From positions 4,033 through 68,032 of the forward strand of contig VGMT01000011.1 in NCBI GenBank assembly GCA_016866335.1: a stretch of 64,000 nt of DNA, in the 5' to 3' direction. This DNA is from Bacteroidota bacterium (lineage in GTDB: Bacteria; Bacteroidota; Bacteroidia; CAIKAF01). Of this stretch, positions 41,347 through 52,145 are shown in pieces (within the stretch, counting starts at the first letter, position 1; every line of letters begins with the position of its first letter). Below the pieces are notes generated by a model. That model searched no databases, was not told the DNA's origin, and saw only the letters and a list, made by a program, of their open reading frames with translations. Both the position numbers and the translations under genes were made by a program.

Positions 41347-42673
41347 ATACTTTGCAAGTATTTTGGTCTTATTGTGCTTGTCCTTAGGAATCAGGGCTCA
41401 AACCGTGATTGATGAAATTGTGGCTGTTGTGGGTGCCTCTCCTGTGCTGCAGTCGGATGTGGAAATACGTTCCTTTCAAATGGAAGCAGATGAACGTGGA
41501 AACAGAGTTCGTTCGGTGAGTAGGTGCGAGGTCCTTGAAGATATTTTGATTCAAAAAATTTTGGTTGCTCAGGCTGTTTTGGATTCTGTAATCATTGAAG
41601 ACGATGAGGTCGATTCAGAAATCGACCGAAGGATTAATATGCAGGTGGCTCAGGCTGGCGGCAGAGAACGCCTTGAAAAACTAATGGGAAGAACCCTGGA
41701 TGACCTTCGATTGGACATCCGCGATAATGTGTACGATGATTTGGTCATTCAACGGATGCAGTTTAAAATTACTGGAGAGGTACAAGTAACACCCTCGGAG
41801 GTAAAAAAGTATTTTGACCGAATTCCGAAAGATTCCCTGCCATTGATACCGGGCGAGGTTGAGCTTTCGCACATTGCGCTCATTCCCGAGGTTAGGGAAG
41901 AGGAGGATAAGCGGGTTCTCCAAGCTTTGGAAAAATTGAAATCGGAATTGGAAAAGGGAAGCAGTTTTTGCATAAAATCAAAATTTTATTCCGAAGACCC
42001 CGGTTCGGCCGAAAATTGCGGAGAACTGGGTTTTATGAAAAGAGAGGATTTAGTCCCTGAATTTTCGGCGGTGGCATTTTCATTGGAACCCAAACAAATT
42101 TCGTCGCCCGTTAAAACTCAATTTGGTTACCATATTATAGAGCTGCTCGATAAAAGAGGGCAGTATGCAAACTTTCGGCATATTCTAATGCGCCCAAAGG
42201 TGTCGTTAACCGATTTGGTTCAGGCCGAGGAGCGTTTAAACGGGCTTCTTCCCCAATTGGATTCCCTGCCATTTTCAGAATTGGCGATTCGATATAGCGA
42301 AGACAAAGAAACGGCCAACAATGGCGGACGATTAATGAACCCCAATACTGGTTCTGGGCGTTTTATGTTGGAAGAATTGGATCCAACCACCTATCAGCTT
42401 TTAGCAAATCTAAGCGAAGGACAGCATTCAAAGCCCCAGGTAACTGTACATTCTCAAGGGCAAAAAATGGTGCGTGTCGTTTTTGTTCAAAAGCGAATTG
42501 AAGCCCATACGGCATCGTTAGAACAAGATTATGCCCGAATTCAACAAGCCGCTTTGAATGAGAAAAAAATGGAGGTATTGAAAAATTGGATAGATAAGCG
42601 AAAAAAAAACCTGCATATTTCTGTGCTCGGTTACTCAGATAGTTGCCCTGAATTAAGAAAATGGAATCCATGA
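41324..42673 (+). CDS. SurA-like peptidylprolyl isomerase
   Basis: IDEIVAVVG SurA N-domain; SEDPGS, VPEF, TQFGYHII. Confidence 0.87.
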   Translation: MWENPTLKYFASILVLLCLSLGIRAQTVIDEIVAVVGASPVLQSDVEIRSFQMEADERGNRVRSVSRCEVLEDILIQKILVAQAVLDSVIIEDDEVDSEIDRRINMQVAQAGGRERLEKLMGRTLDDLRLDIRDNVYDDLVIQRMQFKITGEVQVTPSEVKKYFDRIPKDSLPLIPGEVELSHIALIPEVREEEDKRVLQALEKLKSELEKGSSFCIKSKFYSEDPGSAENCGELGFMKREDLVPEFSAVAFSLEPKQISSPVKTQFGYHIIELLDKRGQYANFRHILMRPKVSLTDLVQAEERLNGLLPQLDSLPFSELAIRYSEDKETANNGGRLMNPNTGSGRFMLEELDPTTYQLLANLSEGQHSKPQVTVHSQGQKMVRVVFVQKRIEAHTASLEQDYARIQQAALNEKKMEVLKNWIDKRKKNLHISVLGYSDSCPELRKWNP

Positions 42674-43638
42674 ATTACAATTTTTCGTCAGATACCCAAG
42701 GGGTAGAAGCATTGGCCGAACGCTATTCTGCTTTTAAAAATGAAATTGCCCGTGTTATTGTAGGGCAAGATGAGGTAGTGGCACAGCTTAGTTTGGCCCT
42801 TTTTGGAGGTGGACATTGTTTGCTGGTGGGGGTTCCTGGATTGGCAAAAACCCTGTTGATTCAAACCGTTTCTAAAGCCTTGGGTTTGGATTTTCAACGC
42901 ATCCAATTTACCCCTGATTTAATGCCCAGCGACATTACAGGTTCTGAAATTTTGAATGAGCAGCGCAAATTTGAATTTCAGCCTGGTCCCTTGTTCGCCA
43001 ACATCGTGTTGGCAGACGAAATCAACCGAACCCCACCCAAAACACAGGCCGCCTTGTTGGAAGCCATGCAAGAAAAAGCGGTAACCGTTGCAGGAAAAAG
43101 ATACCCCCTGTCTAAACCTTTTTTTGTATTAGCCACCCAAAACCCCATTGAGCAAGAAGGAACCTATCCATTGCCAGAAGCCCAATTGGACCGGTTTATG
43201 TTTCAATTGGAATTGGGATATCCTAGCTTTGATGAAGAGGTTCAAATCGTTCGGCAAACCACCACCGATTATTCTCCTGAACTGAATACCATTATGGACG
43301 GGAATCTAATATCGGCATTTCAGGAATTGGTTCGCCGAATCCCCGTTACAGATCATGTTTTGGAATACGCTGTAGGATTGGTTACCAAAACACGTCCTTT
43401 CGAACCCAGGGCCGATGCCTTGGCAAAGGAATACCTAAGCTGGGGTGCAGGGCCCAGGGCAAGTCAAAATTTAATTCTTGGAGCCAAGGCGCATGCTGCC
43501 ATGCATGGTCGATTTACCCCCGATATAGATGATGTCAAAGCCATAGCAGCTGCGGTGCTGCGGCATCGCATTGTTCGAAATTATAAAGCCGAGGCTGAAG
43601 GGGTTTCTGAATCGGATATCATTCGTAAACTACTTTGA
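42670..43638 (+). CDS. MoxR-family AAA+ ATPase
   Basis: GVPGLAKT, RIQFTPDLMPSD, DEINRTPPKTQ, ATQNPIEQEGTYPLPEAQLDRF; ATGA overlap with the upstream stop (alternative start 42661). Confidence 0.94.
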   Translation: MNYNFSSDTQGVEALAERYSAFKNEIARVIVGQDEVVAQLSLALFGGGHCLLVGVPGLAKTLLIQTVSKALGLDFQRIQFTPDLMPSDITGSEILNEQRKFEFQPGPLFANIVLADEINRTPPKTQAALLEAMQEKAVTVAGKRYPLSKPFFVLATQNPIEQEGTYPLPEAQLDRFMFQLELGYPSFDEEVQIVRQTTTDYSPELNTIMDGNLISAFQELVRRIPVTDHVLEYAVGLVTKTRPFEPRADALAKEYLSWGAGPRASQNLILGAKAHAAMHGRFTPDIDDVKAIAAAVLRHRIVRNYKAEAEGVSESDIIRKLL

Positions 43639-43676
43639 TTCCAAGTATCTAAACTGGGATTTTGTACCTTTAGCAC

Positions 43677-44210
43677 ATGGAAGTAAAAATACACAATTCA
43701 ACCTTCGAATCTTGGCTTTTGCCCTCTGAAATTGCAGAGGCTGTAAGCATAATTGCACATCAAATTCGAAAAGAATTTCCAGCAGAACGCCTGGTTCTAA
43801 TGTGCGTAATGAAAGGCAGCATTGTCTTTTTTGCCGATTTGCTTCGGCAATTGGAGGGCGAGGTTGAAATGGGATTTGTTTCGGCATCTTCTTACAGGGG
43901 CACGGCCTCAACTGGGATTGTTCAAATTCATGCTCGTTCTGAAATTTCGTTGAAAGACAAGGTTTGTATTTTGGTAGAAGATATTGTGGATACAGGTCAA
44001 ACCATTCAGGCCATTCGGGATATACTTTCATTAGAGAAACCTAAAGCTTTAAAGGTGGCTACCTTACTTTACAAAAAAGAAACATTCTTGGGTGGAGATG
44101 AGCCAGATTATGTTGGAATTGAAATTCCCAATGAATTTGTTGTAGGTTATGGGCTTGACTTTGATGAGTTGGGCCGAAATCTGGAGGGCATTTACAAACT
44201 TAAGCGGTAA
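43677..44210 (+). CDS. hpt: Hypoxanthine phosphoribosyltransferase
   Basis: LVEDIVDTGQT PRPP loop, FVVGYGLD. Confidence 0.93.
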   Translation: MEVKIHNSTFESWLLPSEIAEAVSIIAHQIRKEFPAERLVLMCVMKGSIVFFADLLRQLEGEVEMGFVSASSYRGTASTGIVQIHARSEISLKDKVCILVEDIVDTGQTIQAIRDILSLEKPKALKVATLLYKKETFLGGDEPDYVGIEIPNEFVVGYGLDFDELGRNLEGIYKLKR

Positions 44211-44212
44211 TC

Positions 44213-44782
44213 ATGTTGAATTTTGTTTTTTTAGGCCCCCCGGGCTCCGGAAAGGGTACACAATCTGCAAAACTTATAGAGGATTTTGGATTCATTCATC
44301 TTTCTACCGGCGATATTTTTCGCGCAGAATTAAAATCAGGCTCTGCACTAGGCCTGGAAGCCAAAGGGTACCTGGATTCTGGACTTCTGGTTCCTGATGA
44401 TGTGGTTATTCGAATGATTGAGCAAAAACTGGATGCAAGTCCCGCCAATGCAGGTTTTATTTTTGATGGCTTTCCGCGTACCCAAGTTCAGGCAGAGGCC
44501 CTTGATAATCTGCTTGAGCTTAAAGGGATGCCATTGCAATTTGTTGTTTTGTTAGAGGTGCCAGATTCCATTCTGCGTGAACGCCTAACAGAACGCGCTA
44601 AAACCAGCGGTCGCAGTGATGACGCAAATCCAGAAATCATAGAAAAACGTATTCGGGTTTATCAAAATGAAACCTTTCCGTTGATTGATTTCTATGGGAA
44701 TCAAGGAAAGTTGAATAGAGTGGCCGGGGTGGGGCATATTGATGAAATTTATGCCCGCATTCGACTGTCGTTGCATATTTAA
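44213..44782 (+). CDS. adk: Adenylate kinase (short form)
   Basis: GPPGSGKGTQ, HLSTGD, FDGFPRT, GRSDD. Confidence 0.95.
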   Translation: MLNFVFLGPPGSGKGTQSAKLIEDFGFIHLSTGDIFRAELKSGSALGLEAKGYLDSGLLVPDDVVIRMIEQKLDASPANAGFIFDGFPRTQVQAEALDNLLELKGMPLQFVVLLEVPDSILRERLTERAKTSGRSDDANPEIIEKRIRVYQNETFPLIDFYGNQGKLNRVAGVGHIDEIYARIRLSLHI

Positions 44783-44818
44783 TCAATTAGGAAATACACG
44801 GCACTACCGCATTCGTTC

Positions 44819-46894
44819 ATGGAATCAAAATCGGTTTATTCTTCGCTTGTTACCTCGCATGTTAATTATTCCCAGGTTTGGGAACTGATGTGCAGGGCGA
44901 AAGCAATGACCGATTTGTATGAAAACCAGCAGAGCATAACCGCCAAATACGTCCATGCAACCAGCCGAGGACACGAGGCTATTCAAATAGCCTTGGGCTC
45001 TCAACTGAAACCTCAAGATTTTGTTTTTCCCTATTACCGAGACGATTCTATGCTTTTGGCCATGGGTATGCGGCCCTATGAGCTAATGCTTCAATTGCTT
45101 GCCAAACAGGCCGATCCCTTTAGCGGAGGGCGCACCTATTATTCTCACCCCAGTTTAAACGACCCCACCAAGCCAAAAATTCCTCACCAAAGTTCGGCCA
45201 CTGGAATGCAAGCTATTCCAGCCACAGGGGTGGCATTAGGTTTTTGGTACCGCGAACAAATGAAATTGGAGTCTTGGGCAGAGGGCCAAGCGCCCGTTGC
45301 CGTTTGTTCGCTTGGCGATGCTTCTATAACCGAAGGAGAGGTGGCAGAGGCATTTCAAATGGCCGTATTGAAATCCCTTCCTATTTTGTATTTGGTTCAA
45401 GACAACGAATGGGATATTTCAGCGCATGCTTCTGAGTTTAGAGCGATGGACGCCAGCAACTATGCCAAAGGATTTAATGGCCTTGAGGTGAGAGCCATTG
45501 ACGGCACCGACTTTGTTTTATGCTATCAAACATTGCAAGAGGTCTTAGAGCTAATCCGCAAGGAGCGCCGTCCTTTTTTAATTCATGCAAAGGTGCCGCT
45601 GTTGAACCACCACACCTCCGGAGTTAGAAAAGAGTGGTACCGAGATGATTTAGAGGTGGCTGCCCGACGCGACCCCATTGTAAAGTTTAGGCAATTTTTA
45701 AGTTCGAATGGCTACACAGATCTTGAATTGAACCGAATTTCTGAGCTTGCAGTTCAATTGGTGCAGTCCGATTTTGAGGAGGCATTGGCCATGCCAGATC
45801 CTAACCCTGAGGAATTAGAGCAGCATATTTTTGCGGAAACTCCTGTCATTGAAGAACGGGGCGAACGCCACCCAAAAGGGAAATTGCCGACGGTAATGGT
45901 TGATTGTGCCTTGTTTGCCGTTCGTGAACTCATGGAAAAACACCCTGAATGTCTATTGTATGGCCAAGATGTCGGGGCAAGGCTTGGGGGAGTATTTCGT
46001 GAGGCAGCAACATTGGCCAAGTCGTTCGGGTCGCACCGTGTTTTTAACACACCTATTCAAGAAGCTTTTATCGTTGGTAGTACGGTTGGAATGTCGGCTG
46101 TGGGCCTTAAACCGATTGTCGAGGTTCAATTTGCCGATTACATTTGGCCAGGGCTAAATCAATTGTTTACCGAAGTGAGTCGATCAAATTACCTTTCCAA
46201 TGGCAAATGGCCTGTTTCCTGCGTATTGCGGGTGCCTATTGGAGCTTATGGAAGTGGGGGGCCTTATCATTCTAGCAGCGTAGAATCCGTAGTGCTACAG
46301 ATTCGGGGGGTAAAGGTGGCCTATCCGAGTACCGGAGCTGATTTAAAAGGTCTGCTGAAAGCGGCTTATTATGACCCTAATCCTGTGGTAATGCTGGAAC
46401 ATAAGGGACTTTATTGGAGTAAAATAAAGGGGACAGAAGGGGCAAAAACAGTTGAACCTGATTCCGATTACATTCTTCCCTTTGGAAAAGCCCGGCTGGT
46501 TTTGGCCTCAGAAGTTAGGAACGAGCCCACTGCCGTTGTTGTTACGTATGGTCGTGGCGTCTTTTGGGCATTGGAAGCAGCCCAAGATTTTCCTGGAAAA
46601 ATTGAAATTTTAGATTTGAGAACCCTAAATCCTTGGGATAAGGAAACCGTCGTTGAATCGGTAAAAAAACATGGGCGGGCTTTGGTGTTGACTGAAGAGC
46701 CGCTGCCCCATAGTTTTGCCATGGCTTTGGTGGGCGAAATTCAAATGCAATGCTTTTCGTATTTAGATGCTCCTATTGCCGCCGTTGGAAGTGCCAATAC
46801 TCCGGCAATTCCTTTAAACAGTACTTTGGAGCAGGCTGCTATTCCAAATGCGGAAAAAGTAGGGCGAGCTCTTCAAAATCTCTTAGCCTTTTAG
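44819..46894 (+). CDS. 2-oxoacid (branched-chain type) dehydrogenase E1, fused alpha/beta
   Basis: GHEA, PYYRD, TPP motif GDASITEG...DN, GQDVG, NTPIQE, EVQFADY, LDLRTL. Confidence 0.9.
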   Translation: MESKSVYSSLVTSHVNYSQVWELMCRAKAMTDLYENQQSITAKYVHATSRGHEAIQIALGSQLKPQDFVFPYYRDDSMLLAMGMRPYELMLQLLAKQADPFSGGRTYYSHPSLNDPTKPKIPHQSSATGMQAIPATGVALGFWYREQMKLESWAEGQAPVAVCSLGDASITEGEVAEAFQMAVLKSLPILYLVQDNEWDISAHASEFRAMDASNYAKGFNGLEVRAIDGTDFVLCYQTLQEVLELIRKERRPFLIHAKVPLLNHHTSGVRKEWYRDDLEVAARRDPIVKFRQFLSSNGYTDLELNRISELAVQLVQSDFEEALAMPDPNPEELEQHIFAETPVIEERGERHPKGKLPTVMVDCALFAVRELMEKHPECLLYGQDVGARLGGVFREAATLAKSFGSHRVFNTPIQEAFIVGSTVGMSAVGLKPIVEVQFADYIWPGLNQLFTEVSRSNYLSNGKWPVSCVLRVPIGAYGSGGPYHSSSVESVVLQIRGVKVAYPSTGADLKGLLKAAYYDPNPVVMLEHKGLYWSKIKGTEGAKTVEPDSDYILPFGKARLVLASEVRNEPTAVVVTYGRGVFWALEAAQDFPGKIEILDLRTLNPWDKETVVESVKKHGRALVLTEEPLPHSFAMALVGEIQMQCFSYLDAPIAAVGSANTPAIPLNSTLEQAAIPNAEKVGRALQNLLAF

Positions 46895-47883
46895 GGGCTT
46901 TGGTGGTGAATTAACAGGTTGCAGCCACGCACATCGGCATTGTCAAACCGCCCCGCCACCACAAAGCCATCGGGGTTTTTTTCACCCAAATCTTGTGTAG
47001 AAACAAAACAGCAACTGTGAATGTTGGCTAAATCAATAACATTGATTCCACCTGAATTAACCCCGGTTTGCATTGGATTTAAAGGGTCTCGAAAAACAAC
47101 CCGCATCCATGGCGGGGTTTGAAATACACCTTTTCCTAAAGAATAACCCTGAGAAAGCAGCTCGGTCATGCCGTATTCTGAAAGGATGCCACGAACAGAA
47201 AAGGCACGTTGCAGAGTGGAATGTAGTTCCTCTCGGGTTAGTTCCTTTGCTCGCCCTTTCATGCCCCCGGTTTCCATTATTTGCACCTGAGGAATGGAAA
47301 TGGGATTGGTGTTGGCCCAATCTAAAAGAGCAAAACTGACTCCAATGACCAGCGTTTTTGTTCCTGATTTGATTGCCGAGTGAAGGTTTCCTAAAAAAAC
47401 CGGGTCGGGGTCAGAGAAAAATCCAGCCAAAGGCTGATGGCTTAATCGAATTAACTCGGTTACCATGTAAACCAAACTGGAATTGGGCCGTTCAAGGTAA
47501 GAGGGGAGTAGGGCTAAAATGATGCACTCTTCAGGGGGGCCAATATACCTTTTAAAGCATTCAATAAAAGACCTTTCGTACAGTTCAGGGTCGGCCACCC
47601 AATGCTGGGAACGGGTGTCGGAAGTACTGCCACTGGAATGGAATTCCAAGCTGGCAGAGGGGGCATTGCGGTCTAAGACTCGGTGGCTTCTAAAAAATTC
47701 GATGGGCAAAAACGGAACAGCATTAAGGCTGATTACCTTGGTAGGGTCGATTCCCAAAGCATTTACAAATTGGGAATATACCTCCACATTTTGGTACTGG
47801 TATTGAAAAGCCCATAGGGCTAATTCATCGAATTCAGCGTTGGACGAAATGGAAAAAATACGGTCTTTATACTCCCTCAGCAT
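46891..47883 (-). CDS. LuxE/PaaK-like acyl-protein synthetase (acyltransferase)
   Basis: PFLPIEFF, FHSSGST, METGGMKG, SEYGMTEL, TQDLG, RGCN. Confidence 0.8.
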   Translation of the reverse strand: MLREYKDRIFSISSNAEFDELALWAFQYQYQNVEVYSQFVNALGIDPTKVISLNAVPFLPIEFFRSHRVLDRNAPSASLEFHSSGSTSDTRSQHWVADPELYERSFIECFKRYIGPPEECIILALLPSYLERPNSSLVYMVTELIRLSHQPLAGFFSDPDPVFLGNLHSAIKSGTKTLVIGVSFALLDWANTNPISIPQVQIMETGGMKGRAKELTREELHSTLQRAFSVRGILSEYGMTELLSQGYSLGKGVFQTPPWMRVVFRDPLNPMQTGVNSGGINVIDLANIHSCCFVSTQDLGEKNPDGFVVAGRFDNADVRGCNLLIHHQSP

Positions 47884-47930
47884 ACTGCAAAACTACCATT
47901 ATAGTGAAGTAAAAAAGGTCCAGATTAAGT

Positions 47931-49178
47931 TTATCCTCCTTGCCTAATGGCTTCAACGGGCGGCAATTTACTGGCCGACCAAGCAGGGGCAATGCCTGCA
48001 ATCAGCCCCACCAAACTTGAAACCCAAAGGCCTCTAACCACATTATCAAAACTCAACACCATTTCAAAATCAGAAAAAGACCGAACGCCAAGAGCAGAAA
48101 GGTAAACCAACAAGAGACCAAGCAATCCTCCCAGCATTGAAAGCGAAATGGCTTCAAACAAAAACTGCCATAAAATAAAGGAGCGTTTTGCTCCTAAGGC
48201 CTTTTGAAGTCCAATTTGGGGAATCCGTTCTTTTACCGACACGAACAGAATATTGGCCACGCCAAAACCACCAACCAGAATGGCCATGCCGCCGATCAAA
48301 AGGGCCACCAGATTCAACACATTGGTAATGCCCGCCGTTTCTTTGGCAATCATACTTGCTTCATTTAATGTAAAATCTTCTTCTTCAAGTGGATGAATTT
48401 TACGAATTCCCCTCATGGCCCCCATGAGTTCATTCTTTACACGGGCACGTGGCACCCCTAACTTGGGTTTAACCACAATTTCACGGTGTATTCCACTGCC
48501 GTTCACCCCAAATAAAGCCTTAAAGGAGCCAAAAGGAACATAAATTCTACCGTCTTCACCAATATCAATAAGGGATTCTCCTTGGGTTTTGGTTAAGCCA
48601 ATTACTGCAAACTTGCGCGCTCCAATGCGCAAGGTTTGCCCTATGGGTTGGGCTCCCGGGAACAGGTTCTCGGCTACCTCAGGTCCAATAATGCAAACAT
48701 CTCGACCCGTAAGGATTTCCATTTCAGAAAAGGATCGGCCCTTTTCGATGTCGAGAGGGCTTACCCGATTCATTCCTTCGGCTTGTCCATAAATGGGGGC
48801 CGATTCTATGGAGAATTTTGAACTACGAACTTGGGCATTTGATTCAGCTTGAAAGGAAACAAAGGCTATGTTTTCGAGGCGTTCCTGCAACAAAAAGGCT
48901 TCGCGTGGATTGGGCTGTGGCCGCATTAGGTATTTCCAGAAAGGATAGTTAAATCCACCCTCCCAAGGCCATTTATGGACAAAAATCACTTCGTCGCCCA
49001 ACCTTGAAATAGAATCATTGATGTTCTTCTTTAGAGCATCGACGGCCGCCCCTATGAAAATAATCAAAAAAATACCAATCACCATGCCTAACAATGACAA
49101 GAGCGTCCTGAGTTTGTTCGCCTTTAAGCTGTTTAAGGCAAACGAAGCACTGGCAAACCATAAAAAGAGCCTTTTCAT
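47931..49178 (-). CDS. ABC transporter permease (MacB/FtsX type)
   Basis: NKLRTLLSLLG, GVANILFVSVKER, IGLQKALGA, APAWSASKLPPVEAIR. Confidence 0.92.
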   Translation of the reverse strand: MKRLFLWFASASFALNSLKANKLRTLLSLLGMVIGIFLIIFIGAAVDALKKNINDSISRLGDEVIFVHKWPWEGGFNYPFWKYLMRPQPNPREAFLLQERLENIAFVSFQAESNAQVRSSKFSIESAPIYGQAEGMNRVSPLDIEKGRSFSEMEILTGRDVCIIGPEVAENLFPGAQPIGQTLRIGARKFAVIGLTKTQGESLIDIGEDGRIYVPFGSFKALFGVNGSGIHREIVVKPKLGVPRARVKNELMGAMRGIRKIHPLEEEDFTLNEASMIAKETAGITNVLNLVALLIGGMAILVGGFGVANILFVSVKERIPQIGLQKALGAKRSFILWQFLFEAISLSMLGGLLGLLLVYLSALGVRSFSDFEMVLSFDNVVRGLWVSSLVGLIAGIAPAWSASKLPPVEAIRQGG

Positions 49179-49289
49179 AATAATTAGAAAAAAGGGCATT
49201 AAATCTTACACAATTCAAGTCAAATTGATGAACTTTGCCCTCCAAAGATACAGCCTAGGCCCGTGTAAAAATTAATCTTTGGTTTTATT

Positions 49290-50801
49290 ATGAATTCCCA
49301 ACCCATAAAACGTGTTTTGATTTCGGTTTTTACCAAAGAACCCTATGCCGTGCTGGCCAAACAGCTTCATGAAATGGGAGCCGAATTAATCAGTACGGGT
49401 GGAACAGGCAAGGCTCTGAGCGAATGGGGATTGCCTTGGACTTCGGTGGAATCTTTAACCGGGTTCCCTTCCGTTTTTGGGGGAAGGGTAAAAACCTTAC
49501 ATCCCAGCATTTTTGGTGGTCTGCTTCAGCGCGACGAAGATCAGGCTGAAGCGGAGCTTGTGGGTATTGATTCCATTGACATGGCGGTGGTGGAATTGTA
49601 TCCCTTTCTTGAGGCCGTTGCCTCGGGAAGCGACTACCAGGCTTGCATTGAAAAAATCGATATTGGGGGTGTTTCCTTGATTCGTGCAGCAGCAAAAAAC
49701 CATGCCCGCGTTCTTGTGCTAAGTGGAACAACCCAGATTCAAGAAGTATTACAGCACCTTCAGGTGAATGAAGGCAGCACCGCGGAGTTCAGATTAAAAA
49801 TGGCGGTTCAGGGATTTGAAAAAACAGCGGCGTACGACCGCAGCATACAACAATGGTTGAGTTTGGGATTTGTTCCGGAAATGCAATTGGACTCAGGCCC
49901 TTTGCTTACGTTGCGTTATGGCGAAAATCCGCACCAAAAAGGTTTTTTTCAAGGTAATTTAGGCCGAATTTTTAAGCAGCATTCGGGCAAAGACCTTTCG
50001 TACAACAATGTATTGGATTTGGATGCCGGTTGGCTATTAATGAGCGAAGCAGATGGACCCGATACCGCCGTATTGAAGCACAATATATCGTGTGGAGCTA
50101 GCCGAAATGCCGATGCAAAAACAGCTTGGGAACAAGCTTTGGCTGGCGATCCAGTAAGTGCATTCGGGGGAGTTATTTTGACCAAGCATCCTGTAGATAT
50201 GACCTGGGCCGAAGCGCTAAATCAGGTGTTTTTTGAACTGCTTCTGGCTCCAGCATACAGCGAAGAAGCCCTTGAATTGCTGAAGCAGAAGAAAAATAGA
50301 ATACTATTGGAATGGAATCCGGAACATCGGTTGCCCACCTATGCTGAGCGGGGTGCCTTGGGGGGAGTATTGATTCAGGAAACAGATCGGCTTGATTCGG
50401 GCCCAGAAAACTGGGATTTAAGCCATTGTATTGATTTGCCTGAACAGGCAGTTGAAGATATGAAATTGGCTCGTGTGCTGGTGAAGCATGCCAAAAGCAA
50501 TGCCATAGTGTTGGTGAAAAAGGGGCAATTGATTGGAATTGGTGCCGGTCAGGTTTCGCGTATTGATGCAGTAAGGCAAGCCATTGCAAAGGCGGAACAA
50601 TTCAACCACGATGTACGTGGGGCGGTCTTGGCTTCGGATGCCTTTTTTCCTTTTGCCGATGGCATAGAAGCTGCGGCGCAGGCAGGCATTGAATGGGTTT
50701 GGCAGCCCGGAGGAAGCATTCGCGATGCCGAAGTTCTTGCTGCAGCCCGCGAAATGGGTGTTCAAATGGTACTAGGGGGGAGCCGGCATTTTAAACATTA
50801 A
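49290..50801 (+). CDS. purH: Bifunctional AICAR transformylase/IMP cyclohydrolase
   Basis: [45 protein letters not shown]. Confidence 0.96.
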   Translation: MNSQPIKRVLISVFTKEPYAVLAKQLHEMGAELISTGGTGKALSEWGLPWTSVESLTGFPSVFGGRVKTLHPSIFGGLLQRDEDQAEAELVGIDSIDMAVVELYPFLEAVASGSDYQACIEKIDIGGVSLIRAAAKNHARVLVLSGTTQIQEVLQHLQVNEGSTAEFRLKMAVQGFEKTAAYDRSIQQWLSLGFVPEMQLDSGPLLTLRYGENPHQKGFFQGNLGRIFKQHSGKDLSYNNVLDLDAGWLLMSEADGPDTAVLKHNISCGASRNADAKTAWEQALAGDPVSAFGGVILTKHPVDMTWAEALNQVFFELLLAPAYSEEALELLKQKKNRILLEWNPEHRLPTYAERGALGGVLIQETDRLDSGPENWDLSHCIDLPEQAVEDMKLARVLVKHAKSNAIVLVKKGQLIGIGAGQVSRIDAVRQAIAKAEQFNHDVRGAVLASDAFFPFADGIEAAAQAGIEWVWQPGGSIRDAEVLAAAREMGVQMVLGGSRHFKH

Positions 50802-50833
50802 TACCTTTTTGATGGCCTTTGCTTTATAGGCGG

Positions 50834-50978
50834 ACCGCGGCCCGGATGGAGCGGAAAGCCCGCAACGTGAGGGCTTAACCTGCGCGTGCTGCGGAGGCCC
50901 GAGGAACGAGGGACCCCGCAAAGCCGCTGCAGGTTTTGCCCGCACGGAGGACTTGCAGCAACAGCCGGTAAGCCGCCC
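50834..50978 (+). repeat. Rod-like structured repeat, copy D
   Basis: GCGGCCCGGATG...CAGCCGGTAAGCCGCCC; stems CGTG/CACG, GGGC/GCCC, AACCTGC/GCAGGTT, GCGG/CCGC. Confidence 0.75.
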
Positions 50979-51109
50979 AACTAAATCTTTAAAAAAAGTC
51001 AAAAAAAAATACCTAAGGATTTATTAAAACGACTTAAATTTCACTTAATTTTGTTCGATAGTGCTTTTTGCACCTTCCAACCGTTTGAATATCTGAAATA
51101 CTTGTACAC

Positions 51110-52132
51110 TTGGGCTGGCTAGATTTTTTGACGCAAGACATTGCAATTGACCTTGGAACAGCGAATACGCTGATTATACATAACGATAAAGTGGTGGTAG
51201 ATGAACCTTCTATCGTTGCTGTGGACCGCAAAAGCGGAAAAGTAATTGCCATTGGGAAACAAGCCCTGATGATGCATGGAAAAACCAACGCAAATATTGA
51301 AACCATTCGCCCGCTGAAAGACGGGGTGATTGCTGATTTTTATGCTGCCGAAGAAATGATTCGAGGCATGATTAAGAAAATCAACGAAACAAAACGCTGG
51401 TTTAAACCCTCGCTGCGTATGGTTATTTGCATTCCATCGGGGATTACCGAGGTGGAAAAGCGTGCCGTTAAAGATTCGGCCGAACATGCCGGAGGAAAAG
51501 AAGTCTGTTTGATTCATGAACCCATGGCCGCGGCGCTGGGAATTGGAATCGACGTGGAAGAACCCCAAGGCAATATGATTATTGATATTGGCGGAGGAAC
51601 CTCTGAAATTGCCGTAATTTCTTTAGGCGGAATCGTTTGCGATAAATCAATTCGGGTAGCGGGCGATGACCTGACCCACGATATTGAGGATTATATGCGC
51701 CGGCAACACAACATAAACATTGGCGAAAGAACAGCCGAACGCATTAAAATTGAAGTAGGGGCCGCACTGCAAGAATTGGAGAATCCGCCGGCCGATTTTG
51801 CCGTGCATGGCCGCGATATGATGACGGGAATTCCAAAAGAAATAACCGTTTCGTACCAAGAAATTGCGTATGCTATTGATAAGACCATTAGCAAAATCGA
51901 GGCTGCCATTCACAGCGCCTTGGAAATGACTCCACCCGAATTGAGTGCCGACATTTTTAAAACAGGGATTTATTTGGCTGGCGGGGGTGCTCTGCTGCGG
52001 GGCTTAGACAAACGCATTAGTATGAAAACCAAGTTGCCTGTGCACATTGCCGATGACCCGCTTCGTGCCGTGGCTCGGGGTACAGGACTTGCCTTGAAAA
52101 ACATGGACCGCTATCCCTTCCTAATTCGCTGA
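51110..52132 (+). CDS. mreB: Rod shape-determining protein MreB (TTG start)
   Basis: IAIDLGTANT, EPSIVA, DIGGGT, GGGALL. Confidence 0.96.
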   Translation: MGWLDFLTQDIAIDLGTANTLIIHNDKVVVDEPSIVAVDRKSGKVIAIGKQALMMHGKTNANIETIRPLKDGVIADFYAAEEMIRGMIKKINETKRWFKPSLRMVICIPSGITEVEKRAVKDSAEHAGGKEVCLIHEPMAAALGIGIDVEEPQGNMIIDIGGGTSEIAVISLGGIVCDKSIRVAGDDLTHDIEDYMRRQHNINIGERTAERIKIEVGAALQELENPPADFAVHGRDMMTGIPKEITVSYQEIAYAIDKTISKIEAAIHSALEMTPPELSADIFKTGIYLAGGGALLRGLDKRISMKTKLPVHIADDPLRAVARGTGLALKNMDRYPFLIR

Positions 52133-52145
52133 TGGGTAGGTATTC

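Noticed and set aside
46891-47883. LuxE-like gene as evidence of bioluminescence
   Set aside because: No luxAB/luxCD nearby; stand-alone homologues are common in Bacteroidota.
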